DNA from: the human T2T-CHM13v2.0 reference genome, Homo sapiens
Strand: one strand, 5' to 3'
Assembly: GCF_009914755.1 (NCBI RefSeq)
Contig: NC_060948.1
Length of the DNA stretch: 64,000 nt
Part shown: in pieces, positions 1-14,350 of the stretch
How positions within the stretch are numbered: position 1 is the stretch's first letter
Layout: each line of letters opens with the position of its first letter
Notes under the pieces: model-generated
Databases searched by the model: none
Seen by the model: the letters and a program-made list of their open reading frames with translations, nothing else
Told to the model about the DNA's origin: nothing
Position numbers and translations under genes: made by a program

Positions 1-404
1 GACATTTACACTGTTATGCCAACCAGTATCATTTTATTAACTTTTAATTTAGTGGACTCGAAGACCTTCCCCACAATTTACAATAATTCCTCTATTAAAA
101 AACTGCATTTATAATTCTCATTTGAATTCCCTTATAGCATATCTTTTTTTAGAAACCCAACAACTAGAACAAAAATATCCTTTCTTTAGTCCCTTAACAT
201 AGTAAAAACAGGCTTTTCTAACTCCAAACTGTTGTGGGTGACCCTTCTAGCCCTTAGCTCTAAGGACAGTCCTCCAATATGAGCAAGGAAAACGAAGGGA
301 CAGAGGTTTTAGAGAGGGAGGCAAGTTGGGTGATATGAGTATCTGGAAAGGGAAGGGTAGGATTTATTTGGGATGAACAGTGAGTTTCTAAAATGGAAGT
401 TTGC

Positions 405-448
405 ATTGCTTGTCAGCCTTTTGGCTAAGATCAGGTGTAGTATCAGTT
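405..448 (+). pseudogene. 3'-truncated U2 snRNA retrocopy (U2 nt ~1-44)
   Basis: ATTGCTTGTCAGCCTTTTGGCTAAGATCAGGTGTAGTATCAGTT matches the U2 5' end (ATCGCTTCTCGGCCTTTTGGCTAAGATCAAGTGTAGTATCTGTT) with 5 mismatches in 44 nt. It is flanked by the imperfect direct repeat TAAAATGGAAGTTTG (389-403) / TAAAATGGGGGTTTG (449-463). Confidence 0.9.
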
Positions 449-461
449 TAAAATGGGGGTT

Positions 462-943
462 TGTTGTGGGTTGAATTGTGTCCTCCAGAAAGCTGTGTTG
501 AAGTTCTAACCCGTGGTACCTGTGAATGGGATCTTATTTAGAAATAGGATCTTTGCAGATGTAATTAAGATGTAATTGAAAATGGGGTCATACTGGAGTA
601 GAGTGGGCCCTTTATCCAATATGACTGGCATCCATATAAAAGAAGAGAGACAGAGAGAATGCAGTGTGAAGACACAGATACAGAGAACACCATGTGACTA
701 CAGAGGTAAAGATTGAAGTGCTGCACCTCCAAGCCAAGGAACACCAAGGATTGCCACCAAACTATCAGAAGCTAGAAAGAGATAAGGAAAGATTCTCTTC
801 TACAGGTTTCAGAGGGAGCATAACCCTGCCAACATCTTGATTTTGGACTTTTAACCCTCAGAACTGGTAGGCGATACATTTCTGTTGTTTTAAGCAACCA
901 AGTTTTTGGTACTTTATTACTGCAGCTACAAGAAACTAATACA
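462..943 (+). mobile_element. MaLR solo LTR (MLT1B/C-like)
   Basis: Starts TGTTGTGGGTTGAATTGTG and ends GAAACTAATACA; contains typical MLT1 internal motifs (TTTGCAGATGTAATTAAG, CCAAGGATTGCC, TTTCTGTTGTTTTAAGC). Confidence 0.85.
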
Positions 944-1479
944 GGATTCTTAGCAGGAATAAAGTAGAATTGGGATGGTGGCTGTGGGACCAAGTGGGGA
1001 GTGAATAGGAGAACAAAGAGGAACAGTGTTGATATGGGGCTTTCCTTTATGTTGCATTATCTTTTTTTCTTCCCTTCTCTCTCTGGCTTATCTTTTCATT
1101 CTTTTTCTTCTTGGATCTTATCTTTATATAGCACTTTATGGTTTATTAGGCATTTACATACTGCTAATAATTAGCAGAGCCAGGTTTTCTAACTTCAAGT
1201 GCAGTGTTCATTGTGCCACAATTGTTTCTGTTATCCCAATACTCATCAAGACGTTATGGATTCTATTACAAGACACTTACAATGGGGGCAGGTAAGACTT
1301 CATAGGTGGGATTTTTAGCAGTATAGCAGAGAGGAAGGAATTCCTATTAGTGACATCTGGAAGGAAAGTAAAGTTTCTGTTGCTATGTACCCACTGTTTA
1401 ACAGTCATTTTTAAGTTGGGGACTGCTTTTATTGGAAGAAACACTACTTGCGTATAACTTATATTCATTGTTCCTAGTT

Positions 1480-1900
1480 ATATTCTGAATAATGTGCTCC
1501 CTGTTCCAGGTGACTGTACTTTATATAAACTCAAAAACTATTGTCATGTTCCCTCTAAGTCCTCTCTTTCTCATGTTACATATCTCTAGTTCCTCCAGCC
1601 AGTCTTCAGATGACACAATCTCCATGTCTCTCACCCATATTGTATTGCCTCCCTTTTGTCTAGTCGTTAAATATTCTACCCAGAATTGAATTCAGTATTT
1701 TACATATGTTCTAACCAGCACAGAGTGTAATGGGACTAGTACTTAAACAGGTCAAGACACCCTATTTCTTAATGTACTTTGAGATTATGTAAGCATTTTT
1801 AAGCAATATCGCATACCGTTGGTTCATAATGAACTTACAGTCCACTGAAACACTAGATCTTTTTGTATTAATTGTTGCCAAGGTCAGTTTTCTTCTTGAA
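1480..1900 (-). mobile_element. Ancient CR1/L3 LINE fragment
   Basis: Degenerate L3-like motifs (CCCAGAATTGAATTCAGTATT...ACCAGCACAGAGTGTAATGGGACTA...GTTGGTTCATAATGAACTTACAGTCCACT); boundaries approximate. Confidence 0.5.
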
Positions 1901-2510
1901 CCTGCACAGGGACTGAGGCTGCTGCTACTTTTTCATCTCTCTGTTCCAGGGACCATATGATTTCTTATCTCTGTTTCTCTTTGTGTTTTTGTTCCTCTCT
2001 ACTGTGTCTCTTTGACCCTAAGCAATGACCTCCTTCCTTGTTATAAAATTTCACTGATTGTTTTACAGTCTTCATTCTCTTTCTTTCCTTTCGGCTTCTG
2101 GGCCACCACACTTTTGGCTTTCCCATTTGGTCCTCCTCAGTCTTTGTGAGTCTCTATTTATCTACCTTTCCCTCAACTGTTGGTTGTGCTTTGGGTTTTA
2201 TCTTTGGCACTATTTTTTTTTTCTGTATGCAATATATCTTCAGCAAATAAATCATGTTTAAAATGGCAGATCTAACTGAGCTCATCTGGGAATAAAAGGG
2301 CACAGAATCAGTCCCGGAGGAAAGTCGACATTTAGAGGTCAGGTAGAGGAGGAAGAGTCAGCAAGAAGACAAAAAGAGCAGCCAGAGATGTAGGAGCATT
2401 TCAAGAAGGAGGGTCGGTCAGCAGTGTTGACTGTGCCTAAGAGGTCAAGTAAGGTAAGAATAGAGAAGCAACCACTGTATTTTGCAATATAGAGGCTGTT
2501 GGTGACCTTA

Positions 2511-2937
<427 letters not shown>

Positions 2938-3245
2938 AAGAAACAGAACAGTAGGATCCACAGTTAGGGAGGCTTTAGGATCAAGGGAGATAAAGTATAA
3001 GACAGCAATTTGGAAACTATAACTTACTGCATATGTGTAAGGAGAATTCTAGAAAGAAGATGGTTGAGATCACAACCCTGGGGAACAACTTCAGTTAGAG
3101 AGTAGGAATGAAAAAGAGATCCCCAAAAGGCATTCAGCCCAAGAGACAGATGAGCACCTTCTGCTCTGTGTGCTGTCCTTCCATGCTGGGATTGCAATAA
3201 GGAATCTGCACATTCCTTGATCTCAAACAGTTTATAGTTTGCTGT

Positions 3246-3442
3246 TGTGTTTCACAAAGTATGTTTGTGTGAATCACCTGCATCCAGACAGACTTGTATT
3301 AAATACAGATTCCAGGGCCCTACCTCAGGCCTACGGAATCAGAATTTCAGGAAGTGATGCCAAGAGTTTGAATTTTTAGCAAATGACTCATACTCTGCCA
3401 CACAAGATGATTCGTATTCCCACTACAGTTTGAGAACCACTG
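3246..3442. mobile_element. MER5A-like hAT-Charlie non-autonomous DNA transposon
   Basis: AATCACCTG...AAATACAGATTCCAGGGCCC...GAATCAGAAT...AGTTTGAGAACCACTG terminus. Confidence 0.7.
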
Positions 3443-3736
3443 GTATGTTGGGTACTGAGCATGTTAACAAATAAGAGTAGGTTTAACAGTTAATCGAAGA
3501 CTAGACAAGGATTTGTTCATCTCTTTTTATGTTTATGCCATTAAATAAGAGAAGCTGGGCTTGTTAGGTGGGAAATAATAGCACATATTCATAGGCAGAC
3601 ATAAGGAAAATAATCTTAAACTCATGCCATATGGTTTTAGTAATGTTTTGTTTATGAAGGGTCTTACCATTCCTTTCTTGTGGAAGCTTTGAGTTATTTT
3701 CACTTTGTTTCTGTTATGGATAATGCCTTTATACTG

Positions 3737-3990
3737 GCAGTGTACAGTAAAAGGCTAAGATTATGAGCTCTAGAACCATACTGCCTAGGTTTAAATTGCA
3801 GCTCCACACTTACTAGCTCTGTAATTTGGGGGAAATTATTTAAGTCATCTGTGCTTCAGTTTTCTCATCTATAATAGAAGTATCATAATAGTGTATAATC
3901 TCATTGAGTTGTGAGGATTAAATGGATTAATAATTATAAAGTATTTAAAATGGTACCTGGCACATAGTAAACAATAAATATAGGCTATTT
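3737..3990 (+). mobile_element. MIR SINE
   Basis: MIR core CTTACTAGCTCTGTAATTTGGG...CTTCAGTTTTCTCATCTATAA...GTTGTGAGGATTAAAT...CCTGGCACATAGTAA. Confidence 0.8.
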
Positions 3991-4447
3991 TTATTGTTAA
4001 TAGTTATCTTTGTGAATCTAGAGTCTTAACTTCTGTTGAACTATTTCTCTAGGATAAATTTTCAGGATGGAATTTCTACATTAAAGAATGAAGACATCTT
4101 TATGTCCCTTTGCTATCTATAGTCATTGCTTTTCAAAAGGGTGATATCTGTTTGTGCTATAATAATTTGTAAATGCAAGCTATCAATGGTGTGTGTGTGT
4201 GTGTATGTGTTTTGTATGTCTCTTTATATGAATGCATACAAGCATGGCTTAGGTTGTAAGTTTGTAGAAAACTTTGACCTTCTTTTTAAGCCTGCTCTTA
4301 AGTCTGTTGTTAAGTTTCATGTTATAGTGCCTCGTTAGATACTATCTCCAGGTAGTATGTTGATAAATGATAGTAAGTTACCTTTGAAAGATTATGTCAA
4401 AGAAATATTCTAAATCTGTGTCTTTTTCCTTTTGATAGACTGAAGCC

Positions 4448-4593
4448 ATGGCGATTCTTTTTGCTGTTGTTGCCAGGGGGACCACTATCCTTGCCAAACA
4501 TGCTTGGTGTGGAGGAAACTTCCTGGAGGTGACAGAGCAGATTCTGGCTAAGATACCTTCTGAAAATAACAAACTAACGTACTCACATGGCAA
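4448..4593 (+). CDS. VAMP7: VAMP7 exon 2, coding part (start codon; longin domain N-terminus MAILFAVVARGTTILAKHAWCGGNFLEVTEQILAKIPSENNKLTYSHG)
   Basis: Acceptor TTTGATAG before 4439; Kozak GAAGCCATGG with ATG at 4448; donor AA|GTGAGT at 4594; translation recognisable as the VAMP7 N-terminus; 146 nt, phase 2. Confidence 0.98.
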
Positions 4594-4899
4594 GTGAGTT
4601 CTGTTCTGCATGTGGTAAGGGATGAAAGAAGGGAATTCTGTTACTCTAATCAGAACGGTAGAAAAGTAGAAAACAAGCTTCTAGGTACATAATTTGAATA
4701 AGCTGACAGAATAGTAACCTTCACCAACTTAGAAAATATATCTGGTTTTGTTACTTATAAATTTAACTTGTAATTATTTTATTCTATTATTGAAGTGATA
4801 TTTTATTTTGAAGAAAGATGGAAATGTTAAATGTAAAAATGACTTTGCTCTAGAGCTGTGTGATATGTGAAATAATTCAGATAAGATAGATAATGTTCC

Positions 4900-5700
<801 letters not shown>

Positions 5701-7708
5701 TGGGAAATCTTAGTAATTAGTTTTAAAAAGTGCCTCAACCTTCCCCGTTGGCACTTAAAAATCTTTTCTTACTTAACCCAGCCTTACTTCCTTAGTTCTT
5801 ATCTCAGAATGAGGTCCTTATTACTTTCTATGGCTAACCCCTTATACAGTTTAAGGTGTACTCTAAGCTACTATGAGAGAGACCCCCAAGATACAGTATT
5901 AATTTTAATGAGATAGTCCAGAGATGAGTGGTTTGGGATGTTGGGGTGGCTCTGCCATTTCCAATTCCCTAATTCCCAAAGCAATTAGTGCTTTCCACTT
6001 CTGGCCAAGGCAGCTCCTTTGGTGCTTGTTATATCCCAGTGCTTGCCCAGTAATTTTAAAGGCAGGGCCCAGAAGTGGCCTGATATTGTTGAGAAGCTTC
6101 CACTTACATCTTACTGTTCACTACACAGTCATGTAGCTAGCATAGCTAGAAGGGAGGCCAGGAATTGTCATCTCTGGCTATGTAGTCGTAGGCTCAACTA
6201 AAACTCTGTTACTCTGGAGGAAGTTATAGGATATCAGGGGATGACTTGCAGTCTTCCAGTCTACTCTTCTGGCCACCCAGATATTTCAGTGAACCTTTCT
6301 TCCCAAACATAGAATACGCCTCTTCTCTGAGAGAGGTAGCTCCAAAGACCTATCTAGTCACTGTGTTTGGCTCCAAGTCCAGCATGTCTAGGTGGTACAC
6401 AGTCCTATCCATCAGGCCCTGGTGTGGCTCCTGTGGTCCACTGACCATAAAGTAAAAGATAAGTCATATGTTTTCCCTGCTTTCCCAGCCTAACCCAGTA
6501 GACAATGGTGAAATAAGAAAAGGATCATCACAGTGAGAGTTACAAACTCCCATTTGGAAAAGGGAAGAATGAGAAACATGTAGAAGTCATTGCTTTCCAG
6601 TAATGATCAAATAATTGCCTCACACAATTTCAAAGACTCCCTATTCTGACCAGGAAGTGGTTAGTGGTTCTGCTTTCTTGGAGGAACTCCCTCACCCTTT
6701 TTCCCTGACTCCTGGCTTTGTTCTCCAGGAAGTTTTTCCTTTCTGGCCACATCCAAAATGGTAGTTAGAGAGTATATCATCTTTGGGAATTGTACCCATT
6801 TTGTAGTCCTCTTGCTGCCAGCGTAGGTTTGTGGGCCTAGAGGATAGGGGTTAAATAATCTTAGCTTCTTATGATTTTGGCTTTATACTTTCTCTAAAAA
6901 TGTATTAGACTTACAGTCTTTGTGTTTCTAGGCAGTTCCTGGGAAAATGTCCAGGGAAAGCACATGTAGTCGTCCTTTTAGAGGCAAGACTGGGAAATAG
7001 GGCATATATCTTCCACTCATGTATTATGAGCCAGAATTTAGTCACAGCCATATGTAGCTTTAAGAGAGTATAGAATATGTAATCCAATTAAAATGCAGTT
7101 ATAGTAGAAGGAGATGTTATCTGTCTGCCATGCCTCTCTGCCTGTGTCTCTGATCTAGCTGTGTTATTTCGAGCTTTGGTACCTTTTTTTCATGCTTTTG
7201 TTATCTTCTAGGAATGCTGTTCTCCCCCTAAGCCTCCTTGTAAACTTTTGCTCACTTTACAGGTCCCAAGCGAAATACTTTCTTAATTTGTACTTTAATG
7301 CTTCTAAAAGGGCAGTTCTGATCATATTCCTTCCTTCAACAGATACTGTCTGCCCTCAAGGTAAAATTCCTTAACGGGACTTGGAATATTCTTCAAGATC
7401 TGCCCCTTTTTCCTTCTGTGGGCTCATCTTTTACTACTTTAGTCCTCAGTTTTGCTTTCCAGCCATACTTCATACTTAGCCATTTACAATTCAATGCTAG
7501 GTTCTTTCTCTCTTCCTAGCCTTTGCAATAGCTGTTACCTTTTACTGGAATATATTTATCTACTTAATTTTTTAAAAATCTCACTTTGTGTGCCTGAGCT
7601 TAGATGTTTCCTTTTCCAGAAACCCCTGAACATTAACACTGAGTCAGGCACCGCAATCAGACACTCTTTTTATGTGTCTACATAGCATCTAGTTTGTTCA
7701 TATTGTAA

Positions 7709-8049
<341 letters not shown>

Positions 8050-8466
8050 TAATTGAAATGATTGTTTATTTCTGTACCCTGACTGTAGGCTTCTTGATGG
8101 CAGGGATCATACCTTGTTACCTTTTGTGGCCTGTGCACCAAGTGACTTACAAGTCTGGTTTAGGAGAAACAAATTTTATGGGGAAAGTGATGACTTTCAT
8201 TCTGGGCATGTCATGTTTAAGCTGTCTATGGTATGTCCAGTTGGATATGTCTAGTAGACAGTAGTGTAGGTAGTCCTGGAGCTCAGGAGATAGGTCAGAT
8301 GGAGATTTGGGAATCATTGGCATAATTGTGGTAGCTGAAAACAAACTACAACAAAACATGAGAGTGCATGCTGCCCTCCAGGGAGTAAGTAAGTGTGAAA
8401 AAAGCAGGAGGCTAAGGAAGCTAGAAAACGTTAGTGTAGAGGGAAAGGGACTATGATATAAACCAG

Positions 8467-8812
8467 GTATATTAGCCTGCTTGGGCTGCTATAACAAAAT
8501 ACCATAGACTGAGTGGCTTGAACAACAGATACTTGTTTCTCACAGTTCTGGAGACTGTGTGAGGTGCCCGCTAATTCAGTTCTTGATGAGGGCCTTCTTC
8601 CTGGCTGGCAGATGGCCACCTTCTTGCTGTGTTCTCAGGTGGTGGAAAGAGAGTGATCTTTTTCTTCCTCTTTTTTAAAGCCACTAATCCCATCACGAGG
8701 ACCCCACCCTCATGACCTCATCTAATCTTAAGTGCCTCCCAAAGGCCTTGTCTCCAAATATAGTCACACTGTAACATATGAATTTTGAAAGGACACAGTT
8801 CAGTCTATAGCA
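8467..8812 (-). mobile_element. MaLR solo LTR (MLT1A-like), inserted in L2
   Basis: TATTAG...GGGCTGCTATAACAAAATACCATAGACTGAGTGGCTT...CTCATGACCTCATCTAATC...TTCAGTCTATAGCA. Confidence 0.85.
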
Positions 8813-9351
8813 CCAGGCAAGCCTGATGTCAAGAAATCTAGTGAAGATAAAACACTTTCCAAAAGGAAGTGGTCAACACTATCATATGTTTCAGAGAGAG
8901 CCACTGGATATGGCAATGTGGAAGTCATTGGTGGAAATGGTGCAAATAGTTTTAGAGTATTGGAGGAAAAGATTTTGCCTGAGTTCCTTTATCTCCTTGT
9001 AATTCATGTCAGTCCTCTGTGAACATTAATATAATTCAACAGGTACCCCTATCTATCCACTTGCCCAAGGTACAAATGTGGGAGGCAAAATTTAGTTAAC
9101 CTGTCTCACGCCAGTCACCAAGTTCTATAAATGCTGCCTCCTATCTCTTCTCTGTCCCTTTTTCTTTATTACCCATTCTACTTTAGTTTATTTCCCTCCT
9201 CATTTCTTACCCGGTATACTGCAGTAGTCTCCTGTCTGGTCCTCCTTTGAGTCAGTTTTCCGCACTCTAGCCAATGTGTCCTTTGTTTTTTTTTTTTTTT
9301 TTTTTTTAATGTGTCCTTTTTAAAGTGCAAATCTGATCACACCCTCCCTAG

Positions 9352-10200
<849 letters not shown>

Positions 10201-10606
10201 TGAGAATTTGGTAGAAAAGATGTTTGCTTTAAGAACTTAGGAAAAAGCAAAGAAAACCATATGGCCTATTGGGGGTTAATCTTAATTACATCCTCCTCCT
10301 AAGATGTCATCTCTTGTTCATGCTTTAAGAGTCCAATTATGCTTTTGCAGCTATCGTTCTAATGGGTAATACACATGCTGTTGTGCTATGTAGCTAGAAT
10401 AGAGATCTTTTTATTTCTTATGTACTTCTATCAGTTTGACTTGAAAGAAACAGGTATATTGGGAAGGGGAAGAGGGAGAAGAGACTGTATCCGTAAGTAA
10501 TATGGTGACATTGGCAGTACTGAACGTGCTTATACATAGATAGAAGATAGAAGTAAAAGTGATGTTGCTTATAACCACAGTAAGTTTTATATCTTTTATT
10601 CTACAG

Positions 10607-10664
10607 TTATTTGTTTCATTACATCTGCCAAGACAGGATTGTATATCTTTGTATCACTGATGAT
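10607..10664 (+). CDS. VAMP7: VAMP7 exon 3 (N-YLFHYICQDRIVYLCITDD)
   Basis: Acceptor TTCTACAG before 10607, donor GAT|GTAAGT; 58 nt, restores frame with exon 2. Confidence 0.98.
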
Positions 10665-10737
10665 GTAAGTAACTTGAAGACATATTGCTATTTAACTATG
10701 TGTACTGTTAATACAGCCAGTTCTTAATTATCTATAC

Positions 10738-11071
10738 CAGGGGTCCCCAACCCCCAGGCTGCAGACCGGTACAGGTCTGTGGCTTGTTAGGAACCAGGCC
10801 ACATAGCAGGAGGTGAGTGGCCTATGAGCATTACCACCTGAGTTCTGCCTCCTGTCAGATCAGCAGCAGCATTAGATTCTCATATGAGTGTGAACCCTGT
10901 TGTGAACTCTGCATCCGAGGGATCTAAATTGCATGCTCCTTAGGAGAATCTAATGCCTGATGATCTGAGGTGGAACAGTTTAATCCCGAAACCATTCACC
11001 CTCCCCCAGTCCTTGGAAAAATTGTCTTCTACAAAACCGGTCCCTGGTGCCAAAAAGGTTGGGGACTGCTG
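10738..11071. mobile_element. MER1B hAT-Charlie MITE
   Basis: Terminal inverted repeats CAGGGGTCCCCAACC / GGTTGGGGACTGCTG; 8-bp TSD ATCTATAC / ATCTGTAC; 334 bp. Confidence 0.9.
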
Positions 11072-11787
11072 ATCTGTACCTATAGTGGGCAAACGTGATG
11101 CGAACTTTACATAGCTGGAATTGTTAATATTTTGCATTTGTCATATAGAGCAGCAAATGTTAAGAAAACTTGATACTGGGGTATGTGCAAATCAACTCAA
11201 TTTTGGTAGAGTTTTAGCTTAGCCTCTTGCAACTTCTATATTTATTCTATTTTGTAGTGAGAATTGATGTTCATAATTATAATTCTTTGATATCAAAACC
11301 TCTCAAAAATTGTTTACGTGGAATGTTAAATTAGATAGCATCATTTCTTCTATCAGTAGTTAATGAATCCTTTAATGTGTGTGAACTTTGGAAAAACAAA
11401 ATTACAATACATTATGATCAGCTATATAAACCTGTAGTTTACATTGGTTAGGTATGACTGTTTGTCGGCTCTCAGCCCAAAATTCTCAGTAACTTAATGA
11501 TGTCATTAAGGTCCTTTCTCTTCTCTGCTTATCTCCGTGTCTCCTTCTTCCCAGACAGGTTGCCATTATGGTTTCGTAGAGCTACATACTTATTTATTCA
11601 TGTCCGGAGTAGAGGGACTGTGTCTTCTTGAGTGTCTTATTGTAGGAATGAGGAAGCTTTTCCCAGCTGCATGCCCTCCCCTCCCCCTGCTTTCAAAGTG
11701 AACTTCCTTTCATGTCTTATTGGCTGCATGCTCATTTCTAAACTGCCTACTGGCAAAGAGACTTGGAATTGGCATGGTTGCCATAGA

Positions 11788-12292
11788 TCAGGGTTCCTAA
11801 TCTTTATTGTATCACAGACTCGTCACTTGTGGGACACTCCCAGAATGTTTTTGTTTTCTTTTTTTAATTTTCCTTTTCCAGAATGCTTTTAAATGTATAA
11901 AACACACACAATTCTAACAAAGCCAATTATATTGAAATATATATATATATAGTATTCAAAATATTTTAAAAACTTGATGTAGTAATATATATGCTTCTTT
12001 ATGAACTCATTAACAAGATCTAGTCATAGGTCTAATAACTAATAGTCTTGATGTGATGGGTGTTGACAGTATTTTGAGATATCTGTAACTGTGATGGTAT
12101 ACAAAAAAAGATTTCTGTTGGTGACAGTTACAGGTACTGTTTAATACTACCCCGATTATGAATATACAACCTATATTCACAATTGAAATATAAGTTAACG
12201 ATTGATAAAAATAATGATGTGATTTTCTTTTTTTCTATCCAAGTTCAAAGGCCCCTTGAATTTGGACCATTGACCCCAATTTAAGAACCCTT
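11788..12292. mobile_element. hAT-Charlie non-autonomous element (MER119-like)
   Basis: Termini CAGGGTTCCTAA... / ...TTAAGAACCCTTG; internal CCAATTATATTGAAATA and TAACAAGATCTAG motifs. Confidence 0.65.
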
Positions 12293-13095
12293 GGCTTAGA
12301 CTAAGCATCTTGGGTGAAAGGGAAATGACTGTCAACCATAGTGATCATCACAATGATTTTTATCTCTGGCTTCACAATATTTTCCAAAAGTACGAAAAAA
12401 TCTAGCTATATGTGAAATGACTGATGTGAAACAGCTTGGAATAGAAGGAAAATACTAATGAAATCTGGGATAGTTAGAGTCGAGCCTCATATTTCTTGAG
12501 CTATAATTTGATACACACATATACATGTATACATAAACACACATACACACATTCATTTTTTTCCTCTAAGGTATTCTTACAGAGAACACACATACTTTTT
12601 GGCTGGCTGGGATTAGACATGAGTATGTCACTTGATCTTTTCAAATATACCACCACTATTGAAAAAATTCGATTTGAAGTTAATATCAGTAGTAGTATCT
12701 GTATGTGTGAAAGACTCTATGATTATTATGGGATTTATTAAACATATTCTTGTGCTGGGCCTTCTAATAGATCTTATGAAATATATGGAGGAAGTAAAAT
12801 TCAATTCCTGATGTCAAGAAGTTGATAACCTAGGTATCATTATCTTCAGTTGTCAATGACCAGATATATCTGGATTCATTCTCAGCTCTTTCATTTACTA
12901 GTTGTTGGACCTTTGGACAAGTTAGTTACTTTTTCAGAGCCTTCCTTTACTTATCTTTAAGATAGGATCAATGCTAGTTCCTCCTCAGATAATCGTTGCT
13001 CAGTAAATGTTAGCTGTTTTTTATTGTTGTTCTTAATCACTCACATCATCTTTGTTTACTTTCTAAATGTGAGTTCTGTGTTGATCTCTTTTCAG

Positions 13096-13233
13096 GATTT
13101 TGAACGTTCCCGAGCCTTTAATTTTCTGAATGAGATAAAGAAGAGGTTCCAGACTACTTACGGTTCAAGAGCACAGACAGCACTTCCATATGCCATGAAT
13201 AGCGAGTTCTCAAGTGTCTTAGCTGCACAGCTG
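13096..13233 (+). CDS. VAMP7: VAMP7 exon 4 (DFERSRAFNFLNEIKKRFQTTYGSRAQTALPYAMNSEFSSVLAAQL)
   Basis: Acceptor TTTTCAG before 13096, donor CTG|GTAAGA; 138 nt; translation visible in ORF 13024-13254. Confidence 0.98.
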
Positions 13234-13649
13234 GTAAGATCTTTCTCAGGATAAGGTATTTTGATTTATATCTTCTTCATTACCTTCAAACACTATGAAT
13301 CTAGGGGGCCCTGACCTGCAATATAGTTTTCTGATTGTGTTACTGTAAGCCAACATAATAAAACTTCCCTGATTAAAAAAAAAATGTAAAGGGGCCATTT
13401 TAGGGTAGAAAACAGTGATAGTCTTTATTATCTCTATTAATAGTGGTCACAGTGTCTCATGATTGGAAGAGCATTAAAGATCATCTAGTTGAACTACCCA
13501 TCTGATGCTTAAATGTGTTCAGCATGCCAAATGATCTTTTAAACTATACGTAAACCTTCTACCCTTCCATGAGGGAAATTTAATTTTCTAACAACCCAAA
13601 TTAATAATTTGAAACTCTCCTCATCTGTTTGAATCCCTAATTGTCAGCT

Positions 13650-14350
13650 TAGTGAGGTTTTACATGTGAATATACCTGTGAAATACCACTGTACTTAAGA
13701 CAGCATTTTAATCACCCTAAAAGTTCCCTCATATCCCTTACCAGTTGGTCCCCTCCCCTACACTTTGCCCCAGGCAACCACTGATCTGTTTTCTATCACT
13801 ATAAATTAGTTTTGTCTTTTATAGAACTTTCTGTAAATAGAATCATACAGTATGTAAACTTTCTGTAAATGGAATCATACAGTATGTACTTTTTTGTGTC
13901 TTGCTTGTTTCAGTCAGTGTAAGGCTCTTGATATTCTTCCATGTTGTATAAATCAGTAGTTTGTTCCCCTTTTTGCTAAGTAGTAGTATATGCATATACC
14001 ACAATTTGTTTATCCATCCACCTGTTGCTGGATATTTGGGTTGCTTCCAGTTTTCAGCTATCATGAATAAAGCTGCTGTTAACCTCCATGTATAAGTCTT
14101 TGTGTGGACATACGTTTTTATTTCTCTCTGATAAATACCTAGGAATGGAATTGCTGGGTCATATGGTAGGTGATGTGTAATTGAAAAAAAAAAAATCACC
14201 ACTTTTTTTTCCAAAGTGGTTGTACCATTTTATATTCTCACCAGCAGTTCCAGTGTCTCTGCGTCCTTGCCAGTACTTGATGTGGTCTTAAGTTTTGCCA
14301 TTCCAGTTGATGTGTAATGGTATCTCATTGTGGTTTTAATTTATGTTTTC
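13650..14350 (-). mobile_element. Old L1M 3'-end fragment
   Basis: Minus-strand ORF 13843-14214 shows the degenerate ORF2 C-terminal motif LPYDPAIPFLGIY...KQPKYP. Confidence 0.8.

Noticed and set aside
1280-1300. Strong donor-like GCAG|GTAAGA in intron 1
   Set aside because: No convincing upstream acceptor; isolated donor motifs are common.
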